This document shows positions 16,613 to 25,887 of a stretch of DNA of 64,000 bases, one piece after another. The stretch is taken from positions 12,110 through 76,109 of the forward strand of contig JAKAWX010000002.1 of the NCBI GenBank assembly GCA_021816865.1, written 5' to 3'. Numbering within the stretch: the first letter of the stretch is position 1; each line of letters opens with the position of its first letter. The position numbers and the translations under genes were made by a program. The DNA is from Thermoplasmata archaeon. GTDB taxonomy: Archaea > Thermoplasmatota > Thermoplasmata > Lutacidiplasmatales > UBA184. The notes under the pieces are model-generated. The model saw only the letters and a list, made by a program, of their open reading frames with translations. It did not search any database and was not told the DNA's origin.

Positions 16613-17498
16613 TGCGACCGCCTCGCCCCGGCCGATCGGAACGCCCCTGCCGGTCGTCGGCAAGTCCGACATCAAGCCGACGTGGTGCCCCGGCTGCGGG
16701 GATTTCGGCGTCGTCGCCGCGGTCGAGACGGCGCTCAAGCGGCTCAAGATCCCGCGTCACAACGTGGTCCTGGTGTCGGGGATCGGTTGCTCGTCGAACC
16801 TTCCCCATTTCCTCGGCGCCTACGGGTTCCACGCGATCCACGGCCGGGCACTGCCGGTCGCGGAAGGGATCCGGTGGGCGAACCACGGCCTCACCGTCGT
16901 CGGTACGGGCGGCGACGGCGACGGGTTCGGCATCGGGGCGGGCCACTTCGTCCACGCGATGCGTCGCAACGTCGACCTCACGTACGTCACCATGGACAAC
17001 CAGATCTACGGGCTCACGACCGGCCAGGCGAGCCCCACGTCGACCCTCGGCCAGAAGACGAAGTCCACGCCCGCGGGGGTCATCGAGAACCCGATCGACC
17101 CGATCGCGCTCGCGTTGGCGAGCGGCGCGACGTACGTGGCGCGAGGCTTTTCGGGCGACGTGAAGCACCTCACCGACCTCGTGGCGAACGGGATCACGCA
17201 CCACGGGTTCTCGTTCGTGGACGTCTATAGCCCGTGCGTGACCTACAACAAGATCAACACGTTCGACTTCTTCCGCCAGCGCGTCTACAAGCTCGAGAGC
17301 GCCGGCCACGACCCCACCGACCTCGAGGCCGCTTGGCAGCGCTCGCTCGAGTGGGGGGAGAAGATCCCGATCGGCCTCTTCTACCGGACGGAGAAACCGA
17401 CGTACGAGGACCTCGAGGAGGTCCTCTCCGCCGGCCCGCTCGCGCTCCAGCCGGCGGGGCTCCACGGCAAGGAGAAGCTGCTCGAGGAATTCGTCTAG
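16599..17498 (+). CDS. 2-oxoacid:ferredoxin oxidoreductase, beta subunit (TPP-binding)
   Basis: TPP/Fe-S beta-subunit pattern: WCPGCGDFG, SGIGCSSN, GTGGDGDGFGIGAGH. Overlaps the alpha stop by 14 nt. Confidence 0.85.
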   Translation: MSESSATASPRPIGTPLPVVGKSDIKPTWCPGCGDFGVVAAVETALKRLKIPRHNVVLVSGIGCSSNLPHFLGAYGFHAIHGRALPVAEGIRWANHGLTVVGTGGDGDGFGIGAGHFVHAMRRNVDLTYVTMDNQIYGLTTGQASPTSTLGQKTKSTPAGVIENPIDPIALALASGATYVARGFSGDVKHLTDLVANGITHHGFSFVDVYSPCVTYNKINTFDFFRQRVYKLESAGHDPTDLEAAWQRSLEWGEKIPIGLFYRTEKPTYEDLEEVLSAGPLALQPAGLHGKEKLLEEFV

Positions 17499-17508
17499 GC
17501 GGGGAGCG

Positions 17509-19566
17509 CTAGCCGAGCGCGCAGCCGAAAAGGTAGGCGCTTCCGTTCTCGTCGAGCAGCGGGAACGTCGTCGGGTCGGCGAGGAGCGGCCCGGGAGAGA
17601 ACGGCGGCCAGAGCCGAGTGTTCGCGCCCGTGACGACGATCGCGTCGATCGCGAGGGCGGAGAGGGCGCTACGGCCGGCGGCGTCGAGCGTCGCGTTCGA
17701 GAGTTCGGAGACGAGCAGGCGATAGGAGGCGTTCCCGTACCACCACCCCGGCACGAGCGGGTAGACGAGGACGAGGTCGCTCGCGTAGCCGGGCAGGAAG
17801 TCGGCGGCGCTTCCCGGCGCGACCAGGACCCGTGCGCCCGCCGGCAGCTGCGCCCCTGCGGACGCGATCAGCGCGAGCTCTTGCGCCGTCACGTTGCCGA
17901 AGTCGCCGTAGAGCGTGGAGAGCACCGGGGGGAGCGCGGTCGGAGTGAGCGCGACTCCCGGGACCACGATCGCGAGCGCGATTGCGAGCGACACGACCGC
18001 GCGACGGGGCTCGAACGGCGCGGGTCGGGCGCGTGACCTCCCCGCGGCCGCCCGGGCGGTCCTCCCGCGGTCGTCGTCGGACCGGCCGAGCCAGCCGGCG
18101 AACCGTTCGAGCGCGAGGACGAGCGGAAGCGCCGCGACGAGCGCGTACAGCGAGAGGAGGTAGAGCGAGAGCTCGCCCGCGCTCGTCACCGATTCGACCG
18201 CGACCGCCGGGGGAAACCCGCTCGACGCCGCCCAGAGCACTGCGAGGAGGCCGACGACAGCGGCGACGCCGGCCGCGGCGAACCGGCGGAATGCCCCGAG
18301 GTAGCGGGCGAGCGCCGAGTCGCCGCCCACGACCACGAGGAGGCCGAGCCCGACCACGAGCAGTACGGCGAGCTCGAGCCGGAGCGCGGGGACCGCGCTG
18401 AACTGGACGTCCTGAGGACGGAAGAGGAACGGGTCGATGCTCCCGATGAATTGCGCGCTCGAGATCCCGGTCGGACTGCCGGCCGGTGCGGCCGCGGCGC
18501 CCGGGACGAACCCCGGGCTCGAGCGGCCGAGGGTGAGGACGTAGAGCGAGGGGGCGACGCCGACCAGGGAAGCGCCGACCGCGACGGCCCAGCGTGCGAC
18601 CCAGGTCCGCGCGCGTCCCCCGAACCGCGGCCACGCGAAGGCACCCGCGATCGGCAGCGCGACGAACAGCCACTCGGGACCGACGGGGTTGAGCGCGGCG
18701 GCGTACCCCGCGAGCACGCCGAACCCCACGGCGTCGCCGAGCGACGGCGGCGAACCCCGCGTCCACGACGTCGCCCGCCCGCAGAGCAAGAGGACGAGCG
18801 GGAAGGCAAAGACGAAGTCGTTGCTCCCCGAAACGATCGTCCGCGTCGCGGGCGCGAGCCACGCGAGGACGAGGGCCGTCGCGACGCCCGCGCGGTCGCT
18901 CGCGAACAGGCGGCGACCGAGGACGAACGCGCCGAGCGGCGCCAGGGCGAAGAAGAGCGGAGTGACGAGGAGGCTCGTACGGGCCGGCGGGAGGCCAAAG
19001 ACGAGCTGGGCCCACCCGAGCCAGACCGTCGTGCCTTGGGGGTAGAGGATCGCCGGGGCGGCGTACGGCTGGAACGAGAGCGGGATCGAGTGGTGCGAGA
19101 TAAGGAGCGCAACGTAGGTCGTCAGGAGGCCCGAGTCGAACGTGTTGCCCGTGCCGACGGGTCCTACGACCGCGAGCTCCACCGCGAAGAGCGCGAGCGC
19201 CGAGACGAGCACGACGAGCGACCCCGGCCGTACGAGGCGGGCGAGCGACCCCGCGACCTCTTCCCCGAGCGTTCCGCCGGGCCGCCCGCGGGCGAAAAGG
19301 AGCCCGAGCCCGACGGCCGCCGCGACCGGGAGGCCGAGGACAACCGGGGCCACGAACAGCCCGAGCGGTAGCGCCGCGAGGAGGTAGAGGACGGCGCCAC
19401 CGAGGTAGAAGTCGAGGAGGGCCGCCTCGATCGGCTCGTCGGTCCGCCACCCTGCGAACCAACGGCCGACGAGCCGACGCACGAACTCGCCGAGGACGGC
19501 GGCCGACGCTGCCCAGAGGACGAGGCCGACGGCCCACACGGCACCGGACGGCCCGGGGAGACCCAC
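17509..19566 (-). CDS. Large polytopic membrane protein (685 aa), putative glycosylation enzyme (GT-C/Wzy-like), function unassigned
   Basis: At least 12 hydrophobic segments followed by a ~150-aa C-terminal soluble domain containing PGWWYGNASY. Divergently paired with a Wzx-type flippase. A TATA-like CTTATAGAA lies 22-30 nt upstream of the start at 19566. Confidence 0.5.
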   Translation of the reverse strand: MGLPGPSGAVWAVGLVLWAASAAVLGEFVRRLVGRWFAGWRTDEPIEAALLDFYLGGAVLYLLAALPLGLFVAPVVLGLPVAAAVGLGLLFARGRPGGTLGEEVAGSLARLVRPGSLVVLVSALALFAVELAVVGPVGTGNTFDSGLLTTYVALLISHHSIPLSFQPYAAPAILYPQGTTVWLGWAQLVFGLPPARTSLLVTPLFFALAPLGAFVLGRRLFASDRAGVATALVLAWLAPATRTIVSGSNDFVFAFPLVLLLCGRATSWTRGSPPSLGDAVGFGVLAGYAAALNPVGPEWLFVALPIAGAFAWPRFGGRARTWVARWAVAVGASLVGVAPSLYVLTLGRSSPGFVPGAAAAPAGSPTGISSAQFIGSIDPFLFRPQDVQFSAVPALRLELAVLLVVGLGLLVVVGGDSALARYLGAFRRFAAAGVAAVVGLLAVLWAASSGFPPAVAVESVTSAGELSLYLLSLYALVAALPLVLALERFAGWLGRSDDDRGRTARAAAGRSRARPAPFEPRRAVVSLAIALAIVVPGVALTPTALPPVLSTLYGDFGNVTAQELALIASAGAQLPAGARVLVAPGSAADFLPGYASDLVLVYPLVPGWWYGNASYRLLVSELSNATLDAAGRSALSALAIDAIVVTGANTRLWPPFSPGPLLADPTTFPLLDENGSAYLFGCALG

Positions 19567-19658
19567 GGGAAGGCGAGCCGCCGGCGACTTATAGAACCCT
19601 ACCGGCCCACCGGAACGTATTTACCCCACAATCGCAGCCCCTCCTGCGGACGTGGGCG

Positions 19659-21218
19659 GTGGCCACGGACTCCGATAGGGAGGTCCGAGAGGGACTTTCG
19701 AGCATCACCCGCGGAACTCTGTTCCTCCTCTTCGCGACGCTCGGCTTCGTCGTCCTCAACTTCGTCTCGCGCGTCGTGGTCGTGCGCAGCATCCTGCCGG
19801 GCGACTTCAGCGCATTCTCCCTTGGCCTGTCGCTCGCGGGCCTCCTGTCGGCGTTCGGAACGCTCGGCCTCACGAACGCCGTCGCGCGCGGCATCCCGCA
19901 TGCGGCGTCGGACGCCGAACGGCGGACGATCGTCCGGAGCACGTTCGCGATCGGAAGCGTGGCCGCCGTCGCGAGCTCGGCCCTCCTCTGGGTGTTCGCA
20001 GGACCTATCGGGCGGGCGCTCGTCGAGCCGGGGCTGACGCTCGCGCTCGAGTTCTTCCCCGTCGCCGTCGCCGCGTCGATCATCGGGAGCCTCGTCGCGT
20101 CGATCTTCCAGGGATTCGAGGACGTCACACCGAACGCGCTGTTCCTCCAGCTCGTCAACCCCGCGCTGTTCGTGGTCTTCCTCGGGATCGCGATCGTCGT
20201 CCCTCCGTCCGGGATCGATTATCGCGAAGCGCTCGCGGCCTACGCCCTCGCGAACGTCGTGACGCTCGTCCTGATCCTCGTCTACGCGGGTCGCAAATTG
20301 CCCCGCCGTCTCCCGAGGGGCCCTCTGGCGCCCGAAGCGCTCGGCCCACTCTTGCGCTTCGCGGCACCGCTCTTCGTAGTCAGCATCATGGGGAGCATCA
20401 CGGCGTCCGGAGATACGATCCTCCTGGGGGCCTACCATTTCAGTGAGACGGGGACCTACAGCGCCTCGCTGACCCTCGCCCGGCTCCTTCAGATCGGGAT
20501 CGGAGCAGCCGGGTACATCTTCCTGCCGGTCGCGACCAAGTTCTTGCGGCAGAACGACTCCCGGTCGATCCAGCTGACCTACGCGACGGTGACGAAGTGG
20601 ATGACGCTCGTCTCGTTGCCGCTCTTCCTGGTGTTCTTCTTCTTTCCGAGCCCGTCCCTCGGGCTCGTCTACGGCCCGAGGTACGTCTCGGTCGTCGAGC
20701 CGCTCCAGCTCGCCGTCCTCGGGGCGTTCCTCACCACCATCCTCGGTCCCTCGACGATGCTCCAGGTCGCGTTCGGGCAGACCCGCCTCTTGATGTACAA
20801 CTCGATCGCGGCCGGGGTCGTGGACCTCGGGATCGCGCTCCTTCTGGTCCCGGGATGGGGGTACGTCGGGGCCGCCGTCGCGTGGGCGGTGGCGAACTCG
20901 CTCTTCACGGGGCTCTCCCTCGTCGAGCTCGCGGTCCTCTCGGGCGTGCACCCGTTCCGGCGGCACTTCGTGGCCCCGCTGCTCGCGACGGCGCTCCCGA
21001 TCACCGTCGTGTTCGTCGTGACCCGGCCGCTCGTGTCGGGTCTAGGACTCGTCGTACTCGCGCTCGTGTTGGCGGGGCTCTTCGTCCTCCTCGTACTCCT
21101 CACCCGGAGTGTCGACGACGGCGACCGGCTCCTCCTCGAAGCCGTCGAGCGTCTGATCGGCCGGCGTCTCACGATCCTGCGGCGCCTCGGCCGGATCGGG
21201 CTGCGCTCGACGCGGTGA
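19659..21218 (+). CDS. MOP-superfamily polysaccharide/oligosaccharide flippase (Wzx/RfbX-like)
   Basis: 519 aa with about 12-14 TM segments and a typical N-terminus (ITRGTLFLLFATLGFVVLNFVSRVVVVRSI). The architecture is typical of Wzx. Confidence 0.75.
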   Translation: MATDSDREVREGLSSITRGTLFLLFATLGFVVLNFVSRVVVVRSILPGDFSAFSLGLSLAGLLSAFGTLGLTNAVARGIPHAASDAERRTIVRSTFAIGSVAAVASSALLWVFAGPIGRALVEPGLTLALEFFPVAVAASIIGSLVASIFQGFEDVTPNALFLQLVNPALFVVFLGIAIVVPPSGIDYREALAAYALANVVTLVLILVYAGRKLPRRLPRGPLAPEALGPLLRFAAPLFVVSIMGSITASGDTILLGAYHFSETGTYSASLTLARLLQIGIGAAGYIFLPVATKFLRQNDSRSIQLTYATVTKWMTLVSLPLFLVFFFFPSPSLGLVYGPRYVSVVEPLQLAVLGAFLTTILGPSTMLQVAFGQTRLLMYNSIAAGVVDLGIALLLVPGWGYVGAAVAWAVANSLFTGLSLVELAVLSGVHPFRRHFVAPLLATALPITVVFVVTRPLVSGLGLVVLALVLAGLFVLLVLLTRSVDDGDRLLLEAVERLIGRRLTILRRLGRIGLRSTR

Positions 21219-21587
21219 GCTCCCGGCCGCCGGGGCCGACGCGGCCCGCCCCTCGCGTACGTGTTCGACGAGGAGGAGGACCACGCCGCCCCCGAGCAGG
21301 AAGAAGACGTACTCCGCCAGCGCGTTCGCCGCCCCGGTGTTCCCGAGCGCGTCGACGACCGCAGTGACGACGAGAAGGACCAGGGCGGCGCCGATCGGAT
21401 AGCGGGCGTCGAGAGGGGCCCACACGGAGTACACCATGTAGGCGAGTAGCAGGACGACGAACGCGATCGTGAACGGGAACGTCACGGGCCTCGGATCGCC
21501 TCGAACGGTCGCGAGTTCAAAATCGTATCCCGTCGGGTTCGGCCGCACGCCGTGGGTCCGCAGCGTGTCGACTACCGGCCGCGTCAC
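21042..21587 (-). CDS. Putative small membrane protein (181 aa) with an acidic C-terminal tail antisense to the flippase 3' end
   Basis: The N-terminal 120 aa have 2-3 hydrophobic helices (FTIAFVVLLLAYMVYSV, IGAALVLLVVTAVV, VFFLLGGGVVLLLV). The C-terminal ~59 aa lie opposite the flippase coding sequence, so they may be an artefact of missing stop codons. GC3-rich. Confidence 0.3.
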   Translation of the reverse strand: MTRPVVDTLRTHGVRPNPTGYDFELATVRGDPRPVTFPFTIAFVVLLLAYMVYSVWAPLDARYPIGAALVLLVVTAVVDALGNTGAANALAEYVFFLLGGGVVLLLVEHVREGRAASAPAAGSSPRRAQPDPAEAPQDRETPADQTLDGFEEEPVAVVDTPGEEYEEDEEPRQHEREYDES

Positions 21588-21634
21588 GCCCCGGTGGGGC
21601 GGGTGCCCAGTCAGGTTTACATAGGTCGTCCCTT

Positions 21635-22273
21635 ATGCCAATCCCGAGAGACCGATCTCGGTTATCCCAGATGGTGGGAAGTTCGCGCAGGCGACGCATC
21701 GTTCCGATCGTGCTCGGACTGGCGATGCTCGCGGTGGTCATTGCGGCGGCCCTGTCGCCGAACACCGGTGTGGTCCAGGCCCAGACGAATGCGCAGTACA
21801 ACCAGTCCCCCTCCTCGACCGTCTCTCCCTACCTCTACGTCGGCATCGGGGTGGCGGTCGCGCTCGCCGCGCTGCTCGTGGCGCTCCTGTTGATGGGCCG
21901 ACGGCGACGCCGACCGCCTTCCCCGCCTCCCCCCCAGTTGTGGCAGGGCGGTCCGTCCGCGCCGACGACAGCGGCCGCGGTGGCGCCTCCCCCACCCTCG
22001 CCCCCGCCACCGAGCCCCCCTCCGCCCGCCGCGCACCCGGCGTACCTCGAGACCCCCGAGGACGTCGGCCAGGCGGCCCCGACCGGGCCTATCGTCGGAA
22101 CGGGCGTCGGTGCGGGGGCGGCCGCGGGAGCGGGGGCCGAAGCGGAGCCGGACATCGATTCGTTGATGGCCGAGCTCGACAAGATCAGCGGCGAGATCCT
22201 GAAGCGGGCTCCGAAGAAGGGCCCCGGGTCGGTTCCCGCTGACGAAGGGACCGGCGCGGCCGGAAACCGTTAG
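21635..22273 (+). CDS. Proline-rich membrane-anchored protein (212 aa)
   Basis: Signal/anchor-like IVPIVLGLAMLAVVIAAALS, a second TM (VGIGVAVALAALLVALLLMG), then RRRRRPPSPPPP ... PPPPSPPPPSPPPP and an amphipathic C-terminus (IDSLMAELDKISGEILKR). Confidence 0.45.
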   Translation: MPIPRDRSRLSQMVGSSRRRRIVPIVLGLAMLAVVIAAALSPNTGVVQAQTNAQYNQSPSSTVSPYLYVGIGVAVALAALLVALLLMGRRRRRPPSPPPPQLWQGGPSAPTTAAAVAPPPPSPPPPSPPPPAAHPAYLETPEDVGQAAPTGPIVGTGVGAGAAAGAGAEAEPDIDSLMAELDKISGEILKRAPKKGPGSVPADEGTGAAGNR

Positions 22274-22297
22274 AGCCCCCTCGCCCGTGGGCCGGCG

Positions 22298-22588
22298 GTG
22301 CTTAAGAACCCGGGCGGAGTCGTTCTGTCGATGCCCGAAGCCCCGAGGACTCCGGACGAGGATGGCCTCTTGGCGGAGCTGCACGACGCGATCGCCCGGG
22401 CCTCCCGCCGGCCCCGCGAGATCGAGGTCGGGATCGTGCTCTCGATCGCCCTCGGTCGGCGACGCGGTGCCGTCTCCTGCGGGGGCTGCCAGATCCCGCT
22501 CGAGTTCGAGGGGATCCCGGCCCGGACCAACGCCCGTCTCGGGGGCCCGTTCCGCTTGGTGTTCGAAGAGCGTGCGACCGGTTCGTAA
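22298..22588 (+). CDS. Hypothetical small protein (96 aa, or 85 aa from the internal Met)
   Basis: GC3-rich ORF sitting 25 nt after the previous gene and 27 nt before dedA on the same strand. No family recognised. Contains a CGGC pair. Confidence 0.3.
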   Translation: MLKNPGGVVLSMPEAPRTPDEDGLLAELHDAIARASRRPREIEVGIVLSIALGRRRGAVSCGGCQIPLEFEGIPARTNARLGGPFRLVFEERATGS

Positions 22589-22614
22589 CCGCGTCGGTCG
22601 CGGGAGGTCGTCGG

Positions 22615-23310
22615 ATGTCGATCCTGGGAACGGTCGCTGACCTGATCACGATGATCCTCGCTACGGTCGGACTCGCGGGGGTCTTCGGCCTGATGGCCGT
22701 GGAGAGTTTCGGCCTACCGCCGGTCCCGAGCGAGGTGATCCTGCCGTTCACGGGGTTCCTCATCGCGTCGGGGACGTTCCCGCTGGTCGGGGCGGTGCTC
22801 GCCGCTCTTCTGGGCGGCCTCGTCGGGTCGTACGCCGGCTACGCGGTCGGACGGTGGTGGCGCCACCGCATCACCGGCCTCGGGATCGGCCGACTCCGAC
22901 TCGAGCCGCGCCACCTCGAGCGGATGGACCGGTTCTTCGCCCGTAGAGGAGAGGTCACGGTCGGCGTGGCGCGTCTACTGCCCGTCGTCCGAAGCTACAT
23001 CTCCTACCCGGCCGGGACCGCCGAGATGAACCCGGTGCGCTTCGGTGTGTACACGCTCCTCGGCAGCATTCCGTTCACGCTGGGCCTCATCTATGCGGGG
23101 ATGGTCCTGCGCTCCGACTGGACCCTGGTCTCTTCGTACTTCTCCGTCCTCGACTACCCGCTGATCGCGATCGTGGCGATCGTCGTCGTGTTCATCATCC
23201 TCCAGGTGGCGGGCGTCCTCGCCCCCGGCTGGCCGCCCCGCCGCGCGTCGAAGGGGCCCTCCGCAAGCTCGGCCGACCCGGCCGCGCCGTCTCCTCCTCC
23301 CTCGGGGTGA
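22615..23310 (+). CDS. DedA/SNARE-associated (VTT domain) family membrane protein
   Basis: DedA pattern (VESFGLPPVPSEVILPFTGFLIASG ... RLLPVVRSYISYPAGTAEM) with several TM helices and a Pro/Ser/Ala-rich C-terminal tail. Confidence 0.75.
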   Translation: MSILGTVADLITMILATVGLAGVFGLMAVESFGLPPVPSEVILPFTGFLIASGTFPLVGAVLAALLGGLVGSYAGYAVGRWWRHRITGLGIGRLRLEPRHLERMDRFFARRGEVTVGVARLLPVVRSYISYPAGTAEMNPVRFGVYTLLGSIPFTLGLIYAGMVLRSDWTLVSSYFSVLDYPLIAIVAIVVVFIILQVAGVLAPGWPPRRASKGPSASSADPAAPSPPPSG

Positions 23311-23341
23311 AGGTCGTCTTCTCGCCCCGGCGCTCGGTCGG

Positions 23342-24712
23342 CTAGGGGCGAGCCCCCGTCGTCGTACGCGCCGGCGGGTGCGAGCGGGCGTACTCCGGCC
23401 GAACGACCTCACCGACCGGCCGTCCGATGTACTGGCCATCCTCGACGATCCGCTCGCCCCGCCGGTAGTGCTCGCGGGGGAAGATCGCCTCCCAACCTTC
23501 GAAAGCGGTCCAGCCGCACGGTGCGTGGAGCCGGCGGGCCTCTAGGCGGGTCCGGGCCCGAAAATCGACCACGAGGAGGTCGGCTCGATGCCCGACCGCG
23601 AGCCGGCCACGGGGCTGGCCGACCCAGCGCGACGGCCGGTCGCTCGCGGCTGCGACCAGGGTCCCGAGCTCGAGCTCCGAAGCCCGAACCCGGGCGAGCA
23701 TGAGCGGGAGCATCGTCTCGACGCCCGGCATCCCGCTCGGGGCGAGGTCGAACGGTCGGTCCTTCGCGTCGAAAGAGTGCGGCGCGTGGTCGCTCGCGAG
23801 GCAGGGGACCTCGCCGCGCCGGAACCTCGCCCACAGGGCCGCGCGATCGGCCTCGGAGCGCAGCGGCGGGTTGACTTTGCGGTACGAGCAGTCGCCCGAA
23901 CGCTCGGAAAGGAGAAGGTGGTGCGGCGTCGCTTCGAACGACACCCCCGCCGCCCGCAGGCGGTCGGCGACGATGCCGGTCGTGACGTGGGCGACGTGCA
24001 GGCGCAACGACGAGGGCGCGTCGACCAGCGACGCGACGGCGGCGAGCTCGGCAGCAACCGGACGGCGGGCGTTCCAATCGGCGAGCCCCCGGTCCGGCAG
24101 GTCCGTCCGGAACCGGCTCGGGTCCTCGGCGTGGACGCTGACGGGCAGGCGGAGCTCCGCGAGGCGCGCGAGGAGCCCCGGGACCTCACCGGACGCAGGG
24201 ACCTCCTCGACCCCCGTCGTCGGGCTGAGGTAGACCTTGAACCCGCCCGCGGTCTCGGCGAGGCGCGCGAGAGCGCGCGGCCGCACGGGAAGGGCGTAGA
24301 GGAGGACGTCGACGGCCGCCCGGCCGGTCACGTGACGGGCCTTTTGCTCGACGCCGTCCGAGTCCGTCACCGGCGGGATCGTGTTCGGCATGTCGCCGAC
24401 GAGCCCGACCCCCCCGAGGGCGGCTTGGATCGTCCCGGAGGCGAGCGTCTCGACGTCGCGAGGTCCTCCCGGCTCGCGCAGGTGAACGTGCAGGTCGGTG
24501 GCGGCGGGGAGGATCACCGAGTCGCCGACGTCGTGTCGGGGCCCGCCCCTCAGGTTCCGGCCGAGCGCGGTGATGATGCCGTCGTCGTCGATCGCGATCT
24601 CGACCGGCTGGAGGCGCCCGCGAACCTCTGCCCGGCCGACGAGGATCCACGCGACGTGCCCACTCCGCTCCGGTGCGCCGTCCGGGCCCCCGGGATCGTC
24701 ATCGGTCCCCAT
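23342..24712 (-). CDS. pyrC: Dihydroorotase-like cyclic amidohydrolase
   Basis: Metal-ligand pattern DLHVHLREPG ... HAEDP ... ASDHAPH, with a family-typical N-terminus from the ATG at 24712 (HVAWILVGRAEV). The six-frame ORF extends upstream to 25123 through Arg/Ser-rich junk antisense to purM. Confidence 0.7.
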   Translation of the reverse strand: MGTDDDPGGPDGAPERSGHVAWILVGRAEVRGRLQPVEIAIDDDGIITALGRNLRGGPRHDVGDSVILPAATDLHVHLREPGGPRDVETLASGTIQAALGGVGLVGDMPNTIPPVTDSDGVEQKARHVTGRAAVDVLLYALPVRPRALARLAETAGGFKVYLSPTTGVEEVPASGEVPGLLARLAELRLPVSVHAEDPSRFRTDLPDRGLADWNARRPVAAELAAVASLVDAPSSLRLHVAHVTTGIVADRLRAAGVSFEATPHHLLLSERSGDCSYRKVNPPLRSEADRAALWARFRRGEVPCLASDHAPHSFDAKDRPFDLAPSGMPGVETMLPLMLARVRASELELGTLVAAASDRPSRWVGQPRGRLAVGHRADLLVVDFRARTRLEARRLHAPCGWTAFEGWEAIFPREHYRRGERIVEDGQYIGRPVGEVVRPEYARSHPPARTTTGARP

Positions 24713-24784
24713 CCTCGGGCGGACGGTGCGGTACGTAAAGAAGCCAGTCCCCGCGCACCGGGTATCGTATAATCCCCGGGTCCA

Positions 24785-25853
24785 TGGGACCCCCGTGCTC
24801 TCCCCACGGGGCCGTGCGCGGTGGACGTACGCGACGAGCGGCGTGGACGTCCGCGCCCGGTCGCGGGCTCTCGAGGCGCTCCTCGAGTCACTCGAGTACC
24901 GGGCTCCGCCCGACCACGGGCGACCGATACGGGCCCCGGGGCACTTTGCCGGGATGATCCGGGTCGGTCGCGAAACGATCGCGATGACCACCGACACCGT
25001 CGGGACGAAAGTCCTCCTCGCCGAGCAGCTCGGCCGTTGGGAGGAGGTCGGCGAAGACATCGTCGGTGTCAACGTCAACGACCTTGCGGCGGTCGGCGCC
25101 CGGCCGGCCGGACTTGTCGACACGATCCTCTGCGTCCGTCCCGACGAGGGGGTCTTCCGGGCCCTCGGACGGGGGCTCGACCGGGGGATGCGTCAGGCCC
25201 GGTGCACGCTCCTGGGAGGAGAGACGGCGATCGTCCCCGACCTCGTGCGCGGGATCGACCTCGGGGGGACCGCGGTCGGGTTCTTCCCGCGCGGCCGGGC
25301 ACCGGTCACCGGCGCTCGCCTCTCCGCCGGCGACGTGATCCTCGGGATCCCCTCCGCGGGGCTCCACGCGAACGGCTTTACGCTGGTGCGGAAGTTGCTC
25401 GACGACCGCGCGGTCGACCTCGCGGCTCCGCGGCCGGGCGCGAGCGAGCCGGTCGGGGTCGAGCTGTTGCGGCCGACGCGGATCTACTCGACGATCGCGG
25501 ACGCGCTCGCCGGCCGTCCCGACGTGCACGGGTTCGCCCACATGAGCGGAGGCGGGGTGCGCAACCTCGTCCGGCTCCACCCGCGGCTCGGCTTCGTCCT
25601 CGACCACTGGCCGGTCCCTCCGCCCCTCTTCCGGTGGGTGCAATCCTTGGGCGAGCTCCCGGACGAGGAGATGTTCGAGACGTTCAACATGGGGATCGGT
25701 TTCGTGGTGATCGTCGCCCGCCACCGACTCTCGGAGGTGCACCGGCGGCTTGCCCGCGCGGGGGCGCCGGACGCGCTCGCGATCGGGCACGTGGCGCGCG
25801 GCGGCGGCGTCCGCCTGCCCGACCTCGGTCTCGAGTACGCGCAGTACGCCTGA
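24785..25853 (+). CDS. purM: Phosphoribosylformylglycinamidine cyclo-ligase (AIR synthetase)
   Basis: PurM pattern: YATSGVDV, MTTDTVGTKVLLAEQLG, VNDLAAVGARP, GGETAIVPD. GTG start at 24785 with CGTATAAT 22-29 nt upstream. Confidence 0.8.
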
Positions 25854-25887
25854 GCCGCGCGTCCGGCGGTCCCCGGCGCAAACAGTT

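Noticed and set aside
17669-19537. 622-aa minus-strand ORF in an alternate frame within the large membrane-protein gene
   Set aside because: Extremely Arg/Pro-rich nonsense translation. The neighbouring frame encodes a coherent polytopic membrane protein.
24774-24776. ATG flanked by the GGGTCC/GGACCC inverted repeat as a possible purM start
   Set aside because: It is out of frame with the PurM reading frame. The GTG at 24785 is in frame and correctly spaced from CGTATAAT.
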